Assembly (NCBI GenBank): GCA_963706575.1
Contig: CAVPNL010000025.1
Span: forward strand, 1 to 10,568
DNA length: 10,568 nt
Direction of reading: 5' to 3'
Source: an uncultured delta proteobacterium
GTDB taxonomy: Bacteria; Desulfobacterota; Desulfobacteria; Desulfobacterales; JAHEIW01
The notes below the pieces were generated by a model that made no database searches, had not been told where the DNA came from, and saw only the letters and a list, made by a program, of their open reading frames with translations. Position 1 is the first letter of the stretch. Each line of letters opens with the position of its first letter. Shown here one piece after another: positions 1 through 4,720 of the stretch. A program made the translations under genes and the position numbers.

Positions 1-5
1 CTTTT

Positions 6-208
6 TTAGAAGTGGTTTCAAAACCTCAGATTAGGTCCAAGGGCAAGGCGTCAGGCCGACTGGGAAAGGCGTTGTTCTCAGCATACACGGTATGTGAGCA
101 TTTACCGGAGGCCTGTGCTGCACCTTAATTTAAAAAATCAGATGCGAATCCCGCTAGCGGGGCAACGCAGCCATTGGGCCTCAGATGGGGTTTTGAAACC
201 ACTTCTAA
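6..208. mobile_element. MITE-like non-autonomous palindromic element (~200 bp)
   Basis: Perfect 20-bp inverted repeat TTAGAAGTGGTTTCAAAACC (6-25) / GGTTTTGAAACCACTTCTAA (189-208). Imperfect complementarity continues inward (aggtccaagggc vs gccattgggcct). TA at 7-8 and 206-207 may be a target duplication. No transposase is encoded. Confidence 0.75.
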
Positions 209-361
209 TCCAGCACAGCAACCGCTTCAATCTCTACCATAAAATCCGGCAAAGCCAAACTTTCCACAATAAGCAGCGTATTGGCGGGTAGGGTTCCTGA
301 AAAAACTCATCTCGAACGCTGCGGTAAGTTTCGATGTAGTCATTTTGACAATGTTTTGCAT
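205..361 (-). pseudogene. RidA/YjgF (Rid family) C-terminal fragment, 5'-truncated and frameshifted
   Basis: Three minus-strand frames join into MQNIVKMTT / YIETYRSVRDEFFQEPY / (P)ANTLLIVESLALPDFMVEIEAVAVLD*, matching the Rid-family C-terminal half (..VK.T..., P..T...V..L....VEIEA.A). Stop TAG is at 207-205. There is no room for the N-terminus because trpD ends at 363. Confidence 0.75.
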
Positions 362-362
362 T

Positions 363-1442
363 TTAAATCGCCCGGCGCACAAAAAAGTCGAATTGCCGGG
401 AAAAATCGATCAAAGCATCCAGTTTGCTTTTTGCCCGGCCGGAATCAATAGACCCTTTTGCCCGCTCAACACCTTCCTTAAAACTGTCATCCAGCCCAGC
501 CGCTACAAATGCCGCCGCTGCATTCAACAGCACGACGTCTCTTTTCGGCCCTTTTTCACCGTCTAAAACGTTTCGGATTATTTCGGCATTGGCCTTAGCA
601 TTCCCGCCCTTGATTGCTTCAGGCGCTGCCCGCTTGAAACCATGCGCTTCGGGGATCATTTCAAAAGTATTTATTGCGCCGTCTTTCAGTTGAGAAACCT
701 GGGTGATGCCACAAATACTGATCTCGTCAAAGGTTTCTTCTCCGCATACCACAAATGCCTGCCGCATACCGAGTTTTTGAAGAACCTGAGCCATCTTCTC
801 GGTATGATGGGCATCATAGACACCCAACACCTGGGCAGTTGCTCCGGCAGGGTTTACCAAAGGCCCCAATAGGTTAAAGATAGACCGCAGCCCAACCTGC
901 TGCCGGGGTTCCGCCACCGCTTTCATGGCGCCATGAAAAAGCGGTGCATATAAAAACCCGATCCCGACATCCTGGATGCACTTCTCAACATTGGCAAAAT
1001 TGATATCCAGATTTACGCCCAGACTGATAAGCACATCAGCGCTGCCACACTGCCTGGAAGTTGCCCAGTTGCCGTATTTGGCCACCTTAAGTCCCGCACC
1101 GGCCACCACCAGCGCTGTTGCCGTAGAAATATTAAAGGTGTGGGTGCCGTTTGCTCCGTTACCGTGGGTATCGAGGATCGTTTCCTCTTCGACATTGATT
1201 TCATCTCGATCAATATTAATCAAAGGCTCATCGAGTCTAATTTTCTTTGTCTTGGCCTGCATGGCTTTAGCCGCCCCGGTAATCTCTTCGGCAGTCTCGC
1301 CTTTCATTCTCAGGGCAGTAATAAATGCGCCGATCTGAGCCGATGCCACCATACCGCTCAAAATCATCTCCATGACGTCGGTCATCTCTTTTTCGCTCAG
1401 GTGGTTTCCATTGGCTACCTGTGTGATTGCTTGAGTGATCAT
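363..1442 (-). CDS. trpD: Anthranilate phosphoribosyltransferase (TrpD family), with atypical PRPP-binding motifs
   Basis: 359 aa. Shows QIGAFITALRMKGETAEEI, TFNIST, GSADVL, FLYAPLFH, RSIFNLLGPLVNPA, DEIS and VLLNAAAA. Strong SD AAGGAGGT lies 8 nt upstream, and a Trp-rich leader precedes the gene. Confidence 0.93.
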   Translation of the reverse strand: MITQAITQVANGNHLSEKEMTDVMEMILSGMVASAQIGAFITALRMKGETAEEITGAAKAMQAKTKKIRLDEPLINIDRDEINVEEETILDTHGNGANGTHTFNISTATALVVAGAGLKVAKYGNWATSRQCGSADVLISLGVNLDINFANVEKCIQDVGIGFLYAPLFHGAMKAVAEPRQQVGLRSIFNLLGPLVNPAGATAQVLGVYDAHHTEKMAQVLQKLGMRQAFVVCGEETFDEISICGITQVSQLKDGAINTFEMIPEAHGFKRAAPEAIKGGNAKANAEIIRNVLDGEKGPKRDVVLLNAAAAFVAAGLDDSFKEGVERAKGSIDSGRAKSKLDALIDFSRQFDFFVRRAI

Positions 1443-1450
1443 GATTCAGT

Positions 1451-1458
1451 ACCTCCTT
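1451..1458 (-). promoter_or_regulatory. Shine-Dalgarno site of trpD (AAGGAGGT)
   Basis: Plus-strand ACCTCCTT at 1451-1458, 8 nt from the ATG at 1442. Confidence 0.85.
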
Positions 1459-1465
1459 GTTTTAG

Positions 1466-1590
1466 TAGAATCCATCTCAAAACTGTCTTGGCCCAATATC
1501 TTTGTTGGTGCCCCGCCGCGCGTGTCCCGGCGAAGCCTTTAGACGAAGACGGAATCTTGAACCAAAATCCTATTTTTGAGAAGGATTCTG
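1466..1590. mobile_element. Decayed MITE-like palindromic insertion in the trpD 5' UTR
   Basis: Terminal inverted repeat AGAATCCATCTCAAAA (1467-1482) / TTTTGAGAAGGATTCT (1574-1589), 15/16 match, with weaker inner complementarity. Ends resemble the 6-208 element (TAGAA....TCAAAA). Confidence 0.6.
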
Positions 1591-1592
1591 GT

Positions 1593-1635
1593 AAAAATTA
1601 AAAAGGCCATGGGATCCAAGCCCCACGGCCTTTAA
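1593..1635 (-). terminator. Second (distal) terminator-like hairpin of the trp leader
   Basis: Minus RNA AAAGGCCGUGGG-GCUUGGAU-CCCAUGGCCUUU followed by UUAAUUUUU. The 12-bp stem has one position (1626/1609) that is a G-U pair only on the minus strand. Confidence 0.7.
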
Positions 1636-1647
1636 TTGCGCTAAGAT

Positions 1648-1685
1648 AAAAAACCGTGGGCCTTCGGGAGGAGGCCCACGGTTTT
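1648..1685 (-). terminator. Attenuator terminator (3:4) of the trp leader
   Basis: Perfect 14-bp stem 1650-1663 / 1672-1685 (AAAACCGUGGGCCU...AGGCCCACGGUUUU) ending in U6 on the minus strand. Starts 13 nt after the leader stop codon. Confidence 0.88.
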
Positions 1686-1745
1686 GCTAAACGTTATGTC
1701 AGTTTACGATGGGTGGGCACAGCTCCCTGTTAGAGGTGCGCCACC
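1666..1745 (-). promoter_or_regulatory. Antiterminator (2:3) and protector (1:2) segments of the trp attenuator
   Basis: 2:3: minus RNA GGGAG-cugu-GCCCAC (1727-1713) pairs with GUGGGC-cuc-CUCCC (1679-1666) in the terminator 5' arm and loop. 1:2: GGUGG-c-GCAC (1745-1736, overlapping the Trp codons) pairs with GUGC-CCACC (1720-1712). Confidence 0.8.
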
Positions 1746-1794
1746 ACCAGTTCGTGCATAATCGTTCAAAATCGGTTGTTTGCTTGAGCTTCAT
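1699..1794 (-). CDS. trpL: Trp attenuator leader peptide, 31 aa MKLKQTTDFERLCTNWWWRTSNRELCPPIVN
   Basis: ATG 1794-1792, three tandem TGG at 1749-1741, TGA 1701-1699. Lies upstream of trpD and directly before a terminator. WWRTS is identical to the end of E. coli TrpL. Confidence 0.88.
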   Translation of the reverse strand: MKLKQTTDFERLCTNWWWRTSNRELCPPIVN

Positions 1795-1801
1795 TATGAT
1801 C

Positions 1802-1830
1802 TGAATAGAGGGGACCCGTAAAAATGTCAA
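1802..1830 (-). promoter_or_regulatory. Putative sigma70 promoter for trpL-trpD
   Basis: Perfect -35 TTGACA (1830-1825), 17-nt spacer, -10-like TATTCA (1807-1802), then 7 nt to the leader ATG. Confidence 0.6.
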
Positions 1831-1849
1831 GAAAAAAATTAAAAAGCGC

Positions 1850-1879
1850 TTGACAAGCGTCAAGGAATCCCTTTAGAAA
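1850..1879 (+). promoter_or_regulatory. Putative sigma70 promoter for the aro leader and operon
   Basis: Perfect -35 TTGACA (1850-1855), 18-nt spacer, -10-like TAGAAA (1874-1879). A-rich UP-like tract at 1832-1845. Confidence 0.6.
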
Positions 1880-1906
1880 GCGTAAAAACCACAATGAGGA
1901 ATAATG

Positions 1907-1990
1907 ATGGCAACAACCGAACATAACATCGATCAATCCCGGCAGTACTTTTATTTTTATTTCTACCGGAGGGGTCTGCCCATGGGTTGA
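1907..1990 (+). CDS. Tyr/Phe attenuator leader peptide, (M)MATTEHNIDQSRQYFYFYFYRRGLPMG
   Basis: SD GAGGA at 1896-1900, ATGATG at 1904-1909 (1907 has the better spacing), TAC TTT TAT TTT TAT TTC TAC at 1946-1966, TGA 1988-1990. Followed by a terminator and the DAHP synthase gene. Confidence 0.88.
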   Translation: MATTEHNIDQSRQYFYFYFYRRGLPMG

Positions 1991-2026
1991 TGGATCATCT
2001 AATTTGATTTTAAGCCGCGGGCAGAC
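1933..2026 (+). promoter_or_regulatory. Antiterminator (2:3) and protector (1:2) segments of the Tyr/Phe attenuator
   Basis: 2:3: GUCUGCCCauGG (1974-1985) pairs with CCgcGGGCAGAC (2015-2026), with 8 perfect contiguous pairs that invade the terminator 5' arm. 1:2: UCAAUCCC-GGCAG (1933-1945) pairs imperfectly with CUGCC-cau-GGGUUGA (1976-1990). Confidence 0.78.
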
Positions 2027-2051
2027 GAAAGCTCGCGGCTTTTTTGTTTTT
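2012..2051 (+). terminator. Attenuator terminator (3:4) of the Tyr/Phe leader
   Basis: AAGCCGCGGGC-AGACGAAA-GCUCGCGGCUU, an 11-bp stem with one G-U, ending in UUUUUUGUUUUU (2040-2051). Confidence 0.88.
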
Positions 2052-2083
2052 AAAGGCCGTGAAAAAGATTCACGGCCTTTTTT
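2052..2083 (+). terminator. Second (distal) terminator-like hairpin of the Tyr/Phe leader
   Basis: Perfect 12-bp stem AAAGGCCGUGAA-AAAGA-UUCACGGCCUUU ending in U6 (2078-2083). Confidence 0.72.
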
Positions 2084-2111
2084 AAGCGAATTAAACGCGA
2101 AGGGGAAAAAA

Positions 2112-3185
2112 ATGAAATCAACTGACGATCTGAGAATTAAAGGATATCAGCCACTGACGGCGCCACAGATCTTAAAACAGGAAATTCCGATCAGTGCCGG
2201 AGCAAATGAAACGGTTGTTTCGGGAAGAGCGCAAATCGAAGCCATCCTGCGCAAGGAAGACCGCCGCCTGCTGGTGATTGTGGGGCCGTGTTCCATCCAT
2301 GATGAAGCGGCGGCCATCGAATATGCAGCCCGGCTGAATACCCTACGCAAACAGGTGGCCGACACCCTTTTCGTCGTCATGCGCGTTTATTTTGAAAAAC
2401 CGCGTACCACTGTGGGATGGAAAGGGCTGATCAATGATCCTTATCTGGATGGCACCTGCGACATGACGGCCGGATTGCGCAATGCGCGCGGCCTGTTACG
2501 GCAGATAAATGAAATGGGGCTGCCCGCGGCCACCGAGATGCTGGACACGATCACCGCTCAGTATGTTGCCGATCTGGTCAGCTGGTCGGCTATCGGGGCC
2601 CGCACCTCCGAATCCCAGACCCATCGCGAATTGGCCAGCGGTTTATCCATGCCGGTGGGCTTTAAAAACAGTACGGACGGTAATCTCTCGTCCGCCATCA
2701 ATGCATTGATGGCAGCCCGCGCCCCGCAGAGTTTTCTGGGAATAGACCAGGACGGCAAAACCTGTGTCGTCAAAACCAACGGCAACCCCTGGGTACATAT
2801 CGTACTGCGGGGTGGCAAAAGACCGAATTATGACCCCATCAGCCTGGAGGAAGCGCGCCTGAAGCTGATTGAAAAGGATTTGCCGGAGACCTTGATGGTG
2901 GATTGCTCACATGCCAATTCGATGAAAAAATACCAGGGACAGGCCGTGGTCTGGAAAAGCGTCATTGGTCAGTATCTGGCCGAAAACGAAGCCTTGATCG
3001 GCCTGATGCTCGAAAGCAACCTGCAGGAGGGCAATCAGAAATTTTCCGGTGATACTGCGGCTCTCAAATACGGTGTCTCCATCACAGATGAATGCATTTC
3101 ATGGGAGACCACCGAACAATTGCTGCTGTGGGCCCATGAAAAAATTCGACAGACGGATCCTAAAAAATTTCAGCTGGCATCCTGA
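2112..3185 (+). CDS. aroF: DAHP synthase, class I alpha (AroF/G/H family), 357 aa
   Basis: Shows GPCSIHD, RVYFEKPRTTVGWKGLINDP, IGARTSESQTHRE, GFKN, DCSHANS and YGVSITDECI. Start reassigned to ATG 2112 behind SD AAGGGG (2100-2105). The core looks closest to AroF, but feedback specificity cannot be read from the sequence. Confidence 0.93.
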   Translation: MKSTDDLRIKGYQPLTAPQILKQEIPISAGANETVVSGRAQIEAILRKEDRRLLVIVGPCSIHDEAAAIEYAARLNTLRKQVADTLFVVMRVYFEKPRTTVGWKGLINDPYLDGTCDMTAGLRNARGLLRQINEMGLPAATEMLDTITAQYVADLVSWSAIGARTSESQTHRELASGLSMPVGFKNSTDGNLSSAINALMAARAPQSFLGIDQDGKTCVVKTNGNPWVHIVLRGGKRPNYDPISLEEARLKLIEKDLPETLMVDCSHANSMKKYQGQAVVWKSVIGQYLAENEALIGLMLESNLQEGNQKFSGDTAALKYGVSITDECISWETTEQLLLWAHEKIRQTDPKKFQLAS

Positions 3186-3192
3186 TAAATTG

Positions 3193-3370
3193 AAGATTGC
3201 TGAATTCGCAAAAAGTCGAATTCATCAGGTGTTTGGTGTTTCGTGTTTTGTGTTTAGTAGGACGCATATGATGTTACATCAATTTGTTAGATTTCGAAAC
3301 ACTAAACACCAAATACTAAACACTCTCGTAAAAGATTGTTTTTCTGACTTTTTACGAGACCATCAAGATT
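3193..3370. mobile_element. MITE-like insertion (3199-3364) with 6-bp target-site duplication AAGATT
   Basis: Ends GCTGAATTCGCAAAAAGTC (3199-3217) and GACTTTTTACGAGACCATC (3346-3364) are inverted repeats (14/19 match). Flanked by direct AAGATT at 3193-3198 and 3365-3370. Confidence 0.72.
3229..3323. repeat. Inverted heptamer arrays (GTGTTTN)x4 ... (NAAACAC)x4
   Basis: gtgtttg gtgtttc gtgtttt gtgttta (3229-3256) and gaaacac taaacac caaatac taaacac (3296-3323), with a central palindrome tgatgt-t-acatca (3269-3281). Confidence 0.85.
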
Positions 3371-3378
3371 GAATATTT

Positions 3379-4402
3379 ATGGAAACCCTTACCATCAAGG
3401 CGGACTCAGGCCCTTCCCACATATTAATCGGTGAGCGCCTGGAGAACCTGCAGCGCTATATTCCAGTGGTAAAGCCGATCATCATCACAGATGTTAATGT
3501 TGGCCAATTGTACCCCCTGGATTCAATGGCCAGCGATGTGATCACCATCGGTACCGGAGAAGAAATAAAGACCCTGGATACCGTACAGCGATATTTACGG
3601 TCACCTTATATCATCCGGGGCCGATCGCTCCGCATTTATCGTCGGTATTGGCGGCGGTATCGTCTGCGATATTACCGGATTTGTGGCTTCGACCTTTCTG
3701 CGGGGGGTGCGCTTTGGTTTTGTGGCCACCACCCTGCTGGCCCAGGTGGATGCCAGCGTCGGTGGAAAGAACGGTGTTAATTTTAAAGGATACAAAAATA
3801 TGGTCGGGCTGTTTCATCAGCCTGAATTTGTCATCTGTGATCCTGAATTATTAAAAACGCTGCCGCAGAAGGAAATCTCCTGCGGCCTGGCCGAAATTGT
3901 CAAACATGCGGCCATCGCGGATGCCGAACTATTCGGTTATCTTGAGAAGCATGCTGAAGCCATATTGGCGCTGGACCGCCAGGCGATTGCAAAGCTGGTG
4001 CGGGTGTCGGTGCGCATCAAATCATCGATTGTCAGCCGCGACGAAACCGAAAAAGGCGAGCGCCGCCTGCTGAACTTTGGCCACACCTTCGGGCATGCGA
4101 TTGAAAAAGTGACCGGTGCGACACACGGTGAGGCGGTCAGCACGGGTATGGTGATTGCGTCAGCCCTGTCTGTTAAAAAGGGCCTTCTGTCAGCGGAAGA
4201 TGACCAACGGCTGCGGGCCGTACTGAAGAATTTAAGACTTCCAACCCGTTTGGAGGCCCAACCTCAAAAAATCATGGATGCCATCACAAAAGATAAAAAA
4301 AGGGCGGGCAACCGCATCCATTTTATTCTGCTAAATGGAATCGGCAATGCCCGGGTGGATCAACTTACCTTGGAGGAACTCAAGGGTGTTTTAAATGAAT
4401 AA
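3379..4402 (+). CDS. aroB: 3-dehydroquinate synthase, interrupted by a +1 frameshift near 3586-3589
   Basis: Frame 1 reads ..GTGEEIKTLDTVQ; after skipping one base it continues DIYGHLISSGADRSAFIVGIGGGIVCDITGFVASTFLRG..TTLLAQVDASVGGKNGVN..LNFGHTFGHAIE. The restored product is 340 aa. Confidence 0.9.
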
Positions 4403-4697
4403 ATCGAATACATACAAAACCGGTGGCGACCCGAAGGCGGATATCGGCGTGCTACGTCAGGCCATCGATGAGATCGACGAAAAAATTTTGGACTTAATCA
4501 ATCAGAGGCTTTCACTGGCAAAACAAATCGGCGATTTTAAGAAACAGGGCGACATTCAGATTACAGACAGCGGGCGCGAAAAAGAAATTTTAAGCCGTTT
4601 GCTGGAGAAAAACAATGGCCCCATGGGCACCGACGGGCTGCGCAATATTTTTGAAGCCATCATCGCTGAGGGTCGCAATGTACAACGCACGGGTTAA
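4395..4697 (+). CDS. Monofunctional chorismate mutase (AroQ / CM_2 family)
   Basis: 100 aa with LRQAIDEIDEKILDLINQRLSLAKQIGDFK..D..REKEIL..IFEAII...R.VQ. Overlaps the aroB stop by 8 nt. Confidence 0.88.
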   Translation: MNKSNTYKTGGDPKADIGVLRQAIDEIDEKILDLINQRLSLAKQIGDFKKQGDIQITDSGREKEILSRLLEKNNGPMGTDGLRNIFEAIIAEGRNVQRTG

Positions 4698-4720
4698 AGC
4701 GCAAAGGGTATAAAGCAAAA

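Noticed and set aside
94..291. 65-aa plus-strand ORF
   Set aside because: It spans the MITE and the antisense of the RidA remnant, with no SD or recognisable motif.
1140..1601. 153-aa plus-strand ORF and the other ORFs antisense to trpD
   Set aside because: These are shadow frames of trpD and its UTR, with no motifs.
1729..1734. Possible missing base that would end the Trp leader at WWWRTS* as in E. coli
   Set aside because: The observed stop at 1701-1699 already gives correct attenuator geometry and parallels the aro leader, whose stop also follows segment 2. No error needs to be invoked.
1893..2083. T-box riboswitch as the explanation for the aro leader
   Set aside because: No T-box UGGNACC bulge or stem I motifs are recognisable. 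The leader peptide model explains the pairings.
2004..2111. 36-aa N-terminal extension of the DAHP synthase ORF from TTG 2004
   Set aside because: It runs through both terminator hairpins and has no SD. Family similarity begins at ATG 2112, which has an SD.
3229..3323. Repeat arrays as a CRISPR array
   Set aside because: Units are 7 nt, contiguous and inverted, with no spacers or cas genes.
3049..3372. 107-aa ORF crossing the aroF end and the repeat insertion
   Set aside because: It is an out-of-frame overlap and a translation of heptamer repeats, with no transposase features.
3379..3780. Arg/Tyr-rich tail of the 133-aa ORF (..RIYRRYWRRYRLRYYR..) as a novel peptide
   Set aside because: It is the out-of-frame reading of aroB after the frameshift.
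4687..4716. Faint 7-nt periodicity (gcacggg ttaaagc gcaaagg) at the end of the chorismate mutase gene
   Set aside because: Too short and degenerate, with no inverted arm.
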